Shown piece after piece: positions 35,300-44,978 of a stretch of 64,000 bases of DNA. The stretch is from an uncultured Gammaproteobacteria bacterium (lineage in GTDB: Bacteria; Patescibacteriota; Microgenomatia; Woykebacterales; RBG-16-39-9b). The translations under genes were made by a program, and so were the position numbers. The notes below the pieces were generated by a model that made no database searches, had not been told where the DNA came from, and worked only from the letters and a program-made list of their open reading frames with translations. How positions within the stretch are numbered: position 1 is the stretch's first letter; every line of letters starts with the position of its first letter. The stretch covers positions 384,137 to 448,136 of the forward strand of contig OZ246414.1 in the NCBI GenBank assembly GCA_965231125.1, read 5' to 3'.

Positions 35300-35429
35300 A
35301 AAAAACTCTCGCTAAGGAGAGTTTAATTGGATTATCTGGTTAACAGATCATATCCTCCGATGTCGGAGTAAGCACCCAACTCCTTAGGGTTGCTGCTCGG
35401 TACAATATCCCAAGCTCTTGATACGTTTC
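35300..35429 (-). ncRNA. SAM riboswitch (S-box/SAM-I-like, reduced P2) with an intrinsic-terminator expression platform in the metK leader
   Basis: On the minus-strand RNA the leader reads GUAUCAAGAG...CAGCAACC...GGUGCUUACUCC...GGAGGAUAUGAUC. These are S-box-like conserved blocks: AUCAAGAG, GCAACC, GGUGCUnAnUCC, and a P1 closure GUAUC/GAUAU. The terminator AACUCUC-CUUAGC-GAGAGUU followed by U6 ends 25 nt before the ATG. GGAGG can pair with CUCC as an antiterminator. A TTGACA-17 nt-AATAAT promoter lies at 35431-35459. Confidence 0.55.
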
Positions 35430-35527
35430 AATTATTAAACAGTCAGCCAAAATTGTCAATCATTATGATTGCTCAAGATCTTGAGTTAATGCATTATTTT
35501 GATATAATAAACACTCAAAATTAGAAA

Positions 35528-36877
35528 ATGATGCAAAATTTAAAGAAAAAAATAAAAGATAGATCAGCCAAAATTTCTGTGATTGGACTTGGTTACGTTG
35601 GGCTTCCGGTTGCTTGTTTGCTAGCCAAAGTAGGTTTTAAAGTTATTGGAGTTGATCTTGATAAAAAAAAGGTAGATTCGATAAATAAAGGCATTTCGCC
35701 TTTGGACACCGTTGAAAAAGGTATCGGTCGACTAGTCAGCGAAGCAGTGAAAAAGGGTGGTCTAAAAGCCGCGGCCACTTACCAGCTGGTTAAAGAAAGT
35801 GGCGTGGTAATTATATGCGTTGATACACCGGTTGATGAAAGGACGCGCGTTCCAACCTACAAGTCCTTAAAAGCCGCGTTAACATCAGTTGGTGAAAATC
35901 TAAAGGAAGGCTGCCTTGTTATCGTCGAGTCCACAATTGCACCGGGAACAACAACAAACCTAGTTGTCCCATTTTTAGAAAAATCTTCAAAAATGAAAGT
36001 AAATAAAGACTTTTACGTTGGCCACTGCCCGGAAAGATTAAAACCAAACAGAATCTTGCTTCAACTGGAAAACTACCCTCGAGTAATTGGTGGGTTAACC
36101 GAAGAAACAGGGCAGGTAATGAGGCAACTTTATAAAACGATTGTTAAAGGACAACTGGATGTTGTGGACCCTCTCACCGCCGAAGTCATTAAAACAGAGG
36201 AAAATTCTTTTGGTGACACTCTTATTGCTCAGGCTAACGCTCTTGCTCTACTTTGCCAAAGTTACGGAGTGGATGTTAACCAAGTGATAAAATCTATCCG
36301 AAAAATCCCTGGTTATTGGGGTTCGTATTTGAATCCAGGTCCGGGTGTTGGTGGCCACTGTTTTCCTAAAGATCCGTATTTAAAAATTGCTCAATTACCA
36401 AAGGGAAAAGGTCTTCCAGAGGCTAAAAAACTTGTTTCCGATTTTGTTCGCTTGACTCGAGAAATAAACGATTATATGCCGGCAAATGTTGCTTACCTAT
36501 TAAATGAAGCTTTAAAAGAAGCCAAAATAGAGGCTAAAAAGGCCAAAGTGGCTATTTTGGGCTATTCTTACAAAGAGAATACTGATGATTCAAGAAACTC
36601 TCCAACTCAGTCTCTTACAGAAGAACTCAAAGGTAAAATTGGGGAGATCAGAATCCAGGATCCGTTCATAAACGAGTTTAATTCTAACCTTAGGGAGACT
36701 CTAAAAGGCGCCGATGCACTAGTTTTAATGGCGTCACACACGCCTTACGAAAAACTGACGTTTGATTATCTGAAGAAAACAATGAACAGGCCGATTATCG
36801 TAGACGGCAGGAATTTCTTTTCAAGGGACGAAGCTACCAAAAAAGGTTTTATCTATAAGGGGGTTGGGAATGTTTAA
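35528..36877 (+). CDS. UDP-sugar 6-dehydrogenase (nucleotide-sugar dehydrogenase family; WbpA/WecC-like UDP-GlcNAc/ManNAc dehydrogenase)
   Basis: [30 protein letters not shown] is the N-terminal NAD-binding region. The catalytic Cys region is [13 protein letters not shown]. The protein is 449 aa. Confidence 0.85.
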   Translation: MMQNLKKKIKDRSAKISVIGLGYVGLPVACLLAKVGFKVIGVDLDKKKVDSINKGISPLDTVEKGIGRLVSEAVKKGGLKAAATYQLVKESGVVIICVDTPVDERTRVPTYKSLKAALTSVGENLKEGCLVIVESTIAPGTTTNLVVPFLEKSSKMKVNKDFYVGHCPERLKPNRILLQLENYPRVIGGLTEETGQVMRQLYKTIVKGQLDVVDPLTAEVIKTEENSFGDTLIAQANALALLCQSYGVDVNQVIKSIRKIPGYWGSYLNPGPGVGGHCFPKDPYLKIAQLPKGKGLPEAKKLVSDFVRLTREINDYMPANVAYLLNEALKEAKIEAKKAKVAILGYSYKENTDDSRNSPTQSLTEELKGKIGEIRIQDPFINEFNSNLRETLKGADALVLMASHTPYEKLTFDYLKKTMNRPIIVDGRNFFSRDEATKKGFIYKGVGNV

Positions 36878-37400
36878 CAAACAAAAAGTAAAAATTCATT
36901 CAAGTGCTGAAGTTGCCAAATCTTCCCAAATTGGTGAGGGGACGCAAATCTGGAATGATGTTAAAATTCGAGACAAGGCTCGTGTCGGTAAAAACTGTAT
37001 GATTCACAAAGGAGTCTACATTGACGAGGAAGTGACAGTCGGCGACAACGTAAAAATCCAAGTTAACTCGTCAATTTTTAAGGGGGCCACTATTGAAGAT
37101 TGGGTTTTCATCGGCCCGCAGGTTTGTTTTACTAACGACAAACATCCTCGGGCAGTAAACCCAGACGGTACGAATAAAAAAAGTAGTGATTGGACTATCT
37201 CGAAAACACTCGTTAAGAAAGGCGCCTCTATCGGTGCAAATTCCACTGTTTTGCCCGGTATCACTTTAGGGAAGTGGTGTATGGTTGGTGCTGGAAGCGT
37301 CGTCACCCACGATGTTGTCGATTTTGGCTTGGTTGTTGGCAATCCAGCAAAACTTGTCGGCTATGTCAACAAGAAAGGAGAAATTGTTAAAAAAGTATGA
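36864..37400 (+). CDS. Hexapeptide-repeat (left-handed beta-helix) N-acetyltransferase, WbpD-like
   Basis: The 178-aa ORF has repeated [LIV]-G-x-x-x-x hexapeptides ([26 protein letters not shown]...). Confidence 0.75.
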   Translation: MGMFNKQKVKIHSSAEVAKSSQIGEGTQIWNDVKIRDKARVGKNCMIHKGVYIDEEVTVGDNVKIQVNSSIFKGATIEDWVFIGPQVCFTNDKHPRAVNPDGTNKKSSDWTISKTLVKKGASIGANSTVLPGITLGKWCMVGAGSVVTHDVVDFGLVVGNPAKLVGYVNKKGEIVKKV

Positions 37401-38491
37401 TATCAATAGGAAAACCGACGATAGGTAAAGAAGAAGTTAAGGCAGCCGCTGAAGTGTTAAAGTCGGGGCGTTTGACCCAGGGCGAACAAGTCGAGAAGTT
37501 CGAAAAAGAATTTGCGGCTTTTGTGGGTACCAAATTCGCAGTTGCAGTTTCAAACGGCACGACGGCTTTGCAGCTTGCTTTACTTGCGGCTGGGATTGGG
37601 GAAGGGGATGAAGTTATCACCACTCCTCATACCTTTATTGCTACAGCTGCCTCAATCGTTCAAGTGGGTGCAAAGCCGGTTTTTGTGGACGTCAAACCAG
37701 ATAGTTTAAACATTGACCCAGAAAAAATCGAAGAGGTAGTTACTACCAAAACCAAAGCCATAATTGCTGTTCATCTTTACGGGCTGCCGGCCGACATGCC
37801 AGCCATAAATAAAATCGCAAAAAAGCACAAACTTATCGTGATCGAGGATTCAGCCCAGGCGCACGGTGCGCAGATACGTGGAAAAAGGACTGGTAGCTTG
37901 GGCGATCTTGCCTGCTTTTCTTTTTACGCTACAAAAAACATGACCACTGGTGAGGGTGGAATGGTAACTACTAATAAAGGCTCTTTCGCAGAAGAAATTC
38001 AAATTTTACGAGACCAGGGTCAAAAAGGTAGGTACAAGCATGTTATGTTAGGTTTTAACTATCGGATGACTGACATAGCTGCTGCTATTGGTAGAGCCCA
38101 GCTCAAGAAACTCCCAGCGTTCAATAAAAAAAGAATCGAAAACGCCGCCTACTTAACTAAAAAGTTAAACGGGATAAAGGGGATAAAAACACCGTTTGTC
38201 CCAGCAGGTTATAGACACGTCTTTTATCTTTACACGGCAGTTGTCGAAAACGACTATCCGATTAATCGAGATCAACTGCTTGCTAAACTCAATAAGTCTG
38301 GTGTGGACGCGCGAATCTATTATCCAGTCCTTTTAAGTGATGAGAATATGTTTAAGAGCTATAAAAGAGGCAGTTTAGATGTAGTTAAAAAAATTCATAA
38401 ACAAATCCTTTCTTTGCCGTCTCACCCATCTCTAACTAGGCAGGAATTGGGTAAAATAGCGGAGGTAATAAAAAATGGCGCCAAAGATTAA
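37397..38491 (+). CDS. DegT/DnrJ/EryC1/StrS-family PLP-dependent sugar aminotransferase (WbpE-like)
   Basis: [43 protein letters not shown] is typical. The PLP-lysine region is [15 protein letters not shown]. Confidence 0.85.
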   Translation: MISIGKPTIGKEEVKAAAEVLKSGRLTQGEQVEKFEKEFAAFVGTKFAVAVSNGTTALQLALLAAGIGEGDEVITTPHTFIATAASIVQVGAKPVFVDVKPDSLNIDPEKIEEVVTTKTKAIIAVHLYGLPADMPAINKIAKKHKLIVIEDSAQAHGAQIRGKRTGSLGDLACFSFYATKNMTTGEGGMVTTNKGSFAEEIQILRDQGQKGRYKHVMLGFNYRMTDIAAAIGRAQLKKLPAFNKKRIENAAYLTKKLNGIKGIKTPFVPAGYRHVFYLYTAVVENDYPINRDQLLAKLNKSGVDARIYYPVLLSDENMFKSYKRGSLDVVKKIHKQILSLPSHPSLTRQELGKIAEVIKNGAKD

Positions 38492-39503
38492 AGCTAAAGA
38501 TATAGGGGTAGCAATTATCGGTTTGGGTTACTGGGGGCCCAATTTAGTTCGAAATTTTTACAAAACACAAGGTACCGATGTTGCCGGCGTTTGTGATTTG
38601 TCTAAAGAAAGGTTACAAATAATCAAAAAAGATTACCCTTCGATTAAACTTCTCACCAGTAATTACGGAGAGATCTTAAATTCTAAGGGTATCGCTGCCG
38701 TTGCTATTGCGACACCAGTCCGTACCCACTTTAGCTTGGCAAAACAAGCTTTGGAGGCTGGAAAACACGTACTTATCGAAAAGCCTTTGACAGAGACCTC
38801 ACAAGAAGCTGAAGAATTAATAAAATTAGCCGATAAAAAAAAGTTGACCCTAATGGTGGATCACACGTTTGTGTACACGCCGGCAGTTAGGAAGATAAAG
38901 GAGCTGATTGATTCAGGCGAGCTTGGCAAAATTCATTATATAGATTCAACCAGAGTCAATTTAGGACTTTTCCAAAGCGATGTAAATGTTATCTGGGATT
39001 TGGCTCCGCATGATTTTTCAATAATAAATTTCTTAATTGGATCCCGTCCAACTTCGCTTTCGGCTTTTGGGATAAAACATCCAGATGATGATAAAGAATC
39101 AGTGGCTTACTTAATGATTAAGTACCCAGAGTCTATTGTTGCTCATGTAAATGTTAGCTGGTTTTCGCCGGTAAAAATGCGCACGATGCTTATTGGTGGA
39201 AGTAATAAGATGATAGTTTACGATCACATTCATCCAAGTGAGCCAGTTAAGGTTTACGACTATGGTGTAAAGATTGATAGTAAGCGGGGAGACCCTTTCA
39301 ATCCTGTATATCGATCTGGAGATATTCAAATACCAAAAGTTGAGTCAACCGAAGGTTTGGCAGAAGTTTGCAAAGAGTTTGTTAAATCGATACAAGAAAA
39401 GAAAAAACCAAAGACAGGCGGCCGTGAAGGTTTGGAGGTTGTTAGATTGCTTGAAGGGTCCGAAGAGGCATTAAAAAAGGGCAGAGAGGTTAAGTTAAGG
39501 TAA
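38475..39503 (+). CDS. Gfo/Idh/MocA-family NAD(P)-dependent oxidoreductase (WbpB-like UDP-sugar 3-dehydrogenase)
   Basis: IGVAIIGLGYWGPNLVRNF is the Rossmann region. The EKP motif is HVLIEKPL. Confidence 0.8.
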   Translation: MAPKIKAKDIGVAIIGLGYWGPNLVRNFYKTQGTDVAGVCDLSKERLQIIKKDYPSIKLLTSNYGEILNSKGIAAVAIATPVRTHFSLAKQALEAGKHVLIEKPLTETSQEAEELIKLADKKKLTLMVDHTFVYTPAVRKIKELIDSGELGKIHYIDSTRVNLGLFQSDVNVIWDLAPHDFSIINFLIGSRPTSLSAFGIKHPDDDKESVAYLMIKYPESIVAHVNVSWFSPVKMRTMLIGGSNKMIVYDHIHPSEPVKVYDYGVKIDSKRGDPFNPVYRSGDIQIPKVESTEGLAEVCKEFVKSIQEKKKPKTGGREGLEVVRLLEGSEEALKKGREVKLR

Positions 39504-39506
39504 AAA

Positions 39507-41201
39507 TTGGAAACAATGAAACCAAAAATTCTTGCAATAATACCGGCTCGTGGCGGGTCAAAAGGAATTCCCAGGAAAAATGTAAAACTACTTGCTGGCA
39601 AACCGCTGATTGGTTACGTGATTGAGACAGCCTTGGGATCCAAATTTATTGATAAGGTTGTTGTAACCACCGATGACCCTGTTATAAAACAAGTAAGTGA
39701 GATTTTTGGTGCGGAAGTTATCGATAGACCAAGAGATCTAGCCGAAGATTCGGTCCCCCTTGATCCGGTCGTTTATCATGCGGTTACAAGTATTGAGAAA
39801 TCTGATAAAAAAACTTTCGACTTGGTAATTACAATTCAACCTACCTCACCACTTTTGTCGACTAAAAATTTGAATAAAGCAATCGAGCAGATGATAAAAG
39901 GCAGGTTCGATTCCTTGATAAGCGTGAAGCCAGAAAGACACTTGTTTTGGGTAAAAGAAGGTTCTCGCATTAAGCCGTTTTATCCAGAAAGAAAAAATCG
40001 GCAATTACTTGATCCAGTATTTAAAGAAACTGGCGCGGTGGTTATTAGTCAGAGAAATATAGTCACTGAGAAAAGCCGCTTAGGAAAAAATTTATCTATT
40101 TTTGAGGTGCCCGAAGAAGAATCGGTAGATATTGATAGCTACGAAGATTGGCTAATTGCTCAGTATCGGCTAGAAAAACTAAAAATTGTGTTTCGCGTTG
40201 ACGCAGACCAGAAAATTGGACTCGGACATATTTCCCGAGCCTCAATTTTAGCTGATAATCTTTACCCTCATGAAATCACCTTTTTATTGAACAAAAGTAA
40301 AACTCTTGGGATAGATAAGATGAAGGAACTTCATTTTAAATACGTAACTTTTGAGACTGAAGAGGAGGCTTTGGCAATCATAAACGATATTAAGCCTAAT
40401 ATTATAATAAACGACATTTTGGATACCAATAAAAATTATATTGCCAGGCTAAAAAAACTAGCCACATTAGTAGTAAATTTTGAGGATTTAGGGGAAGGTT
40501 CGGAAATTGCCGATTTGGTAGTAAACGACATGTATGAAAATACAAATCCGGAAGAAAACCAAGTGAGCGGTTATAGGTACGTTTGTTTGCGGGATGAATT
40601 TTATATTTGGCCGCCTAAAAAAATTAAAAAAGAATCTAGCGAAATATTACTTGCTTTTGGAGGTAGCGATCCGGAAAATTTAACACAAAAAACACTCCAA
40701 TCCATCGAGAAGATTGGTCTAAAAAATATCAAGATAACTATCGTCGTTGGTTTGGGTTACAAATTTGAAAGTAGTCTTTCTGAGTATATAAAAAAACTTA
40801 CATCCAATGGCTTTGACATAGAACTTATCAAGAACACGCCACTAATCTCAAAATATATGTATGGGGCGGATTTAGCAGTGACATCAAACGGCAGAACTGT
40901 CTATGAACTGGCTAGTCTGGGAACCCCAATAATTTCCATGTCCCAAAATGAGCGCGAAATGCGTCATCTCTTTTCTTACCACAATAAAGGAGTAATAAAC
41001 CTTGGATTAGGGCAAAACGCTACAGTGGCTGTAATCGCTGACTCAATCCGTAGAGTTTTCACGGACTACAAACTAAGAAACAATATGAGTAAAAAACTTT
41101 TGGATGTAGATTTGAAGGGCGGTAAAGAAAGAGTAGTAAGTCTTATTTTGGAAAAATTAACTGAGAAAGAAGGAAAGGGCTCTCATGTACATTTTGCTTA
41201 A
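39507..41201 (+). CDS. Bifunctional fusion: N-terminal CMP-nonulosonic acid cytidylyltransferase (NeuA/PseF-like) plus a C-terminal PseG-like UDP-sugar hydrolase domain
   Basis: The N-terminus is KILAIIPARGGSKGIPRKNVKLLAGKPLIGYVIETA (CTP-transferase family). After about residue 230 comes KIVFRVDADQKIGLGHISRASILADNL and ...LLAFGGSDPENLT, which is PseG/SpsG-like (GT28-C-like fold). Confidence 0.65.
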   Translation: METMKPKILAIIPARGGSKGIPRKNVKLLAGKPLIGYVIETALGSKFIDKVVVTTDDPVIKQVSEIFGAEVIDRPRDLAEDSVPLDPVVYHAVTSIEKSDKKTFDLVITIQPTSPLLSTKNLNKAIEQMIKGRFDSLISVKPERHLFWVKEGSRIKPFYPERKNRQLLDPVFKETGAVVISQRNIVTEKSRLGKNLSIFEVPEEESVDIDSYEDWLIAQYRLEKLKIVFRVDADQKIGLGHISRASILADNLYPHEITFLLNKSKTLGIDKMKELHFKYVTFETEEEALAIINDIKPNIIINDILDTNKNYIARLKKLATLVVNFEDLGEGSEIADLVVNDMYENTNPEENQVSGYRYVCLRDEFYIWPPKKIKKESSEILLAFGGSDPENLTQKTLQSIEKIGLKNIKITIVVGLGYKFESSLSEYIKKLTSNGFDIELIKNTPLISKYMYGADLAVTSNGRTVYELASLGTPIISMSQNEREMRHLFSYHNKGVINLGLGQNATVAVIADSIRRVFTDYKLRNNMSKKLLDVDLKGGKERVVSLILEKLTEKEGKGSHVHFA

Positions 41202-42324
41202 AGGCGCTAAGAAAAATGTTGGTGATTTCTTTATATTTGAAAGAGCCAAAAAACTTTTAATGGAATTTACGAAGGAGAAAGATTTTGTGGAGTTTAATCG
41301 TTGGGAACCTCTGGATGAAAAGTTAGATATTGTAAATAAAGCGAAGGCAGTTATTCTCTGTGGTGGGCCAGGGTATTCAAAGTTTTTTTATCCGAAGGTT
41401 TTTCCATTAACGCCTGATCTTTCAAGAATTAAGGTACCGATTATCCCCTTTGGTCTTGGATGGGTTGGAAAACCAGCGGCAAGCCCTGAAAATTTTACCT
41501 TTTCTAGCCAGTCTTTGGATGCTTTGAAGTTTATTCACTCAAAAATTCCTTATTCAAGTTGCCGGGACATTTTAACTAAGGAAATTTTGAAGAGAGCTGA
41601 GATAAATAACGTAATAATGACTGGGTGTCCGACTTGGTATGATCTTGGTAGTATTGGAAAGAAGTTAGATATCCCAACTAATATAAGAAAAGTGGTGGTT
41701 ACTACCGCCCAGGATCCTATTTATTATCAGCAAAATAAGCAGCTTCTAACGGGCTTAAAGAAACTGTTGAAGAAATTCAATGAAAATGTACAGCTTTACG
41801 CTGTTTTTCATCGAGGTTGGGAGAAGGATGAATTTACTTCAGGCGCGCAGGCAGATTCTTTGCAAAAGTTAAAAAATTATGCAGAGGGGGAGGGGTACAA
41901 AACAATTAACGCTGCTTATGGTCTCGAAAAAATAGATTTCTATAATGATTGTGATTTTCACGTTGGTTATAGGGTTCATGCCCAGATTTACTTTTTAAGC
42001 ATTAGAAAACCCTCATTTTTGCTTTGGGAAGATGGTAGGGGTATCGGACTATCAAAAAGCTTGGATTTACCAGATGTTCCGGCTATGAATTTAAGAACCT
42101 TGAGGTTTACTGATAAAATAAATATGTTCGTACCAAAGTTTAATAAGATTTCTACCAACAAGATTTTAGAAAATTTATTTGTAGATAGAAGTTCAGTCGA
42201 TCAAATTTTAGATAGGGTGGAAGTGCAGATAAAATCAAATTTTGAAGGATTCGAAAGCTTGCCAGCTAAACTGGATAAGAATTTTGAAGAGATGAAACGT
42301 TTTATCAAAACTCTGCCCGCTTGA
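41185..42324 (+). CDS. Polysaccharide pyruvyl transferase family protein (CsaB/WcaK-like)
   Basis: MYILLKGAKKNVGDFFIFERAKKLL matches the N-terminal G..N.GD motif of pyruvyl transferases. The protein is 379 aa. Confidence 0.45.
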   Translation: MYILLKGAKKNVGDFFIFERAKKLLMEFTKEKDFVEFNRWEPLDEKLDIVNKAKAVILCGGPGYSKFFYPKVFPLTPDLSRIKVPIIPFGLGWVGKPAASPENFTFSSQSLDALKFIHSKIPYSSCRDILTKEILKRAEINNVIMTGCPTWYDLGSIGKKLDIPTNIRKVVVTTAQDPIYYQQNKQLLTGLKKLLKKFNENVQLYAVFHRGWEKDEFTSGAQADSLQKLKNYAEGEGYKTINAAYGLEKIDFYNDCDFHVGYRVHAQIYFLSIRKPSFLLWEDGRGIGLSKSLDLPDVPAMNLRTLRFTDKINMFVPKFNKISTNKILENLFVDRSSVDQILDRVEVQIKSNFEGFESLPAKLDKNFEEMKRFIKTLPA

Positions 42325-43415
42325 GAATAAAAATGAAAACAATAAAAATTGGTAAAAAAACAATTTCAGAAGACTCTGACACTTTTATAATTGCCGAAGC
42401 TGGAGTTAATTATTACGATATTGCACCGAAGTTGGGGATCTCTTTACTTGAGGCTGCAATATTGATGATTAAAGAGGCAGCAAGAGCGGGGGCTGATGCA
42501 ATTAAATTTCAAACTTATAAAGCAGAAAAGATCGCCTCAAAATACTCTCCGGCGTATTGGGACACCACGAAAGAAAGTACCAAATCACAGTACGAGCTTT
42601 TTAAAAAGTTCGATAAACTCACAGAAAAAGATTACAAAGAACTTGCCGATTACAGCGATAAAGAGGGAATTATTTTCATGTCAACACCGTTTGACGAAGA
42701 TGCGGTTGATCTTTTAGATAAACTTACACCTGTTTTTAAGATTGCCTCCGCAGACATTACTAATACTCCCTTTTTGAGATATATTGCCTCAAAACGGAAG
42801 CCGATTATACTTTCGACTGGAGCAGCCACACTTGACGAGGTTAGAGAGGCGGTTGAAGCTATGAAGGGAGAAGGAAACAATGAAATAGTAATTCTTCATT
42901 GTATTTTAAACTACCCAACTGCCTATGAGAATGCAAATATTGGCGCCATTAGGCAACTTCAAAAAGAGTTCCCAGACCATTTGGTTGGCTATTCAGATCA
43001 CACTTTGCCTGATGAGAGGATGTTGGTCAACACGGTTGGAGTTTTAGCCGGAGCAAGCGTAATTGAAAAACATTTTACTTTGGATAAGTCTTTGCCGGGC
43101 AATGATCACTATCACGCTATGGATGCAGAGGATCTAAAAAAGCTGCGAGAGAATCTAGATTTTCTTAAGAAGATTTGGGGCAGTGGTAAAAAAGAGCCTC
43201 TTAAGAGTGAAAATATATCGCGCAAGTATGCTCGAAGAAGTTTAGTTGCTAAATCTGATATTCCGTCCGGAGCAACAATAAAAGCTGAAATGGTTACCCA
43301 TAAAAGGCCTGGTACAGGTATAAGTCCGAAGGATATTAGCAAAGCTCTCGGTATGAAGGCGAAGAAAAAAATTAAAGAGGATGAAGTGCTGAAATGGGAA
43401 CACCTAAAAAAATAG
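42321..43415 (+). CDS. Nonulosonic acid synthase (NeuB/PseI/LegI family) with a C-terminal SAF domain
   Basis: TFIIAEAGVNYYDIAPKLGISLLEAAILMIKEAARAGADAIKFQTYK is the NeuB-family TIM-barrel signature. The C-terminal ~60 aa are SAF-like. Confidence 0.8.
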   Translation: MRIKMKTIKIGKKTISEDSDTFIIAEAGVNYYDIAPKLGISLLEAAILMIKEAARAGADAIKFQTYKAEKIASKYSPAYWDTTKESTKSQYELFKKFDKLTEKDYKELADYSDKEGIIFMSTPFDEDAVDLLDKLTPVFKIASADITNTPFLRYIASKRKPIILSTGAATLDEVREAVEAMKGEGNNEIVILHCILNYPTAYENANIGAIRQLQKEFPDHLVGYSDHTLPDERMLVNTVGVLAGASVIEKHFTLDKSLPGNDHYHAMDAEDLKKLRENLDFLKKIWGSGKKEPLKSENISRKYARRSLVAKSDIPSGATIKAEMVTHKRPGTGISPKDISKALGMKAKKKIKEDEVLKWEHLKK

Positions 43416-44968
43416 ATTTAGAAGCTAAAGAGAGATTCGATAGAGCAAGGCACGAACTTGAAAAATTTACTCTAAAATATCGTCCAGATGGGGCATTAAT
43501 CTATAAAAATACTTCTTTGTACTGGTTTGTTTACCCAATACTCCATGGTTGGTTGCAAGCTACTATAGAAAATTTATCCAGTGAAGAAAAAATTTCGTTC
43601 ACGGCTGAGCCAACTTTAAAGGGAAGAGTGAGAGGTTTTTTTAAATTCAGTGCGCTCTTACTACTTTTTTTCTTGGAAAAAATAAAAAACTTTCTTGCAC
43701 CTTCTCCAAATGAAAATAAAAAGAAAATTTTATTTGTTTCTCCAGTAATCAACCTTCAACACTTACCTTCGCTAAAAAAGGGTCTAGTCGATACTCAGAT
43801 AGGTTTTGTTAAGGAAAAATTTGAAACCGGGAAGTTTCAGACAAAAACAATTTATATGTACAAAACTAAACCTCTAATAAATTTTAATTTTCAGCAAACT
43901 TCTTGGTTTTATTATTACGTTTATTTTAAACTAATTAATCTAACCAAAGGTAGAGACGAGATTGAAAGTTGGGAAACCTGGCTAAAATATATGTCCAAAA
44001 GAAAACTTTCCTTGCTAGAAAAAGCAATTTTAACTAGGCTTAGTGAATTTGATTTTGGCACGGAATTAGAGAAAGCAAAAATCGCCGAGTTTATTATTAG
44101 TAAGGAAAAGCCAGTTCTTTTAATAACCACTAATGAGAACGGTTCAAGCAGGCCTTTGGTTGTAGCGGCACAATCTTCAAAAATCCCAGTTGTTGGGGTT
44201 CAACATGGGATAATTCATCAATACCATCCGCAGTATATTTATCCAAAAGATACTACTTTAAAAATTCCTTTGGTTGACAAGATGACTGTTTTTGGGGACT
44301 ACTCAAAAAGAATACTTACCCAAGACAGTAGTTACCGAGAAAGTCAGGTTGTATCAACTGGCCAGTCGAGGATGGATTTAACCCTTACAAAATATAAAAA
44401 TTTTTCCAAGGATATGTTTTTGGAGAAAATGGGTATTAGTAAAAGTCTAAAATTGATAGTGGTAATTTCACAAAAAGGGGCACGAAATTATTTATCGGCA
44501 GTTTTAAACAATTTAAAGATGAAAAAGGACGAGTTCATTTTTGTTAAGCTTCATCCAGCAGAAAAAAACGACGGATTTTATGATTTTCTGAAAAATAGTT
44601 GGGAGGAAAATTTTCTTGTAACGAAGGATGTGGATCTTTACGAACTGCTCTTAGCCTCGGATGTAGTGGTTTCAGCTTTTTCCACAGTTATATCTGAGGC
44701 AATTGTTTTTGATAGACCAGCGATTCAAATTCGAGTTGCAGGTATACCTGAATTCATTAATTACTCAGACTATGGTGTTATCTTAGAGGTAGGTTCGGGT
44801 GAAGAGTTAAGGGACGAGTTGAGCAAGGTACTATACAAGGGCAGGAAAGTGGGAGAAAAAGAGCGGGAAAAGTTTGTTAAAGACCATTATTATAAATTGG
44901 ACGCTCTCGCTACTGATAGAATAAAAGAAGTTGGTTTAAAGCTTATGGTGTCCAATAGATGGTATTAA
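43394..44968 (+). CDS. CDP-glycerol glycerophosphotransferase (TagB/TagF)-like or capsule-synthesis-like transferase, tentative
   Basis: The C-terminal half reads ...KLHPAEKND...LYELLLASDVVVSAFSTVISEAIVFDRPAIQI, resembling the TagF-family catalytic region. The N-terminal half is unassigned. Confidence 0.4.
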   Translation: MGTPKKIDLEAKERFDRARHELEKFTLKYRPDGALIYKNTSLYWFVYPILHGWLQATIENLSSEEKISFTAEPTLKGRVRGFFKFSALLLLFFLEKIKNFLAPSPNENKKKILFVSPVINLQHLPSLKKGLVDTQIGFVKEKFETGKFQTKTIYMYKTKPLINFNFQQTSWFYYYVYFKLINLTKGRDEIESWETWLKYMSKRKLSLLEKAILTRLSEFDFGTELEKAKIAEFIISKEKPVLLITTNENGSSRPLVVAAQSSKIPVVGVQHGIIHQYHPQYIYPKDTTLKIPLVDKMTVFGDYSKRILTQDSSYRESQVVSTGQSRMDLTLTKYKNFSKDMFLEKMGISKSLKLIVVISQKGARNYLSAVLNNLKMKKDEFIFVKLHPAEKNDGFYDFLKNSWEENFLVTKDVDLYELLLASDVVVSAFSTVISEAIVFDRPAIQIRVAGIPEFINYSDYGVILEVGSGEELRDELSKVLYKGRKVGEKEREKFVKDHYYKLDALATDRIKEVGLKLMVSNRWY

Positions 44969-44978
44969 CTTTGCGAAA

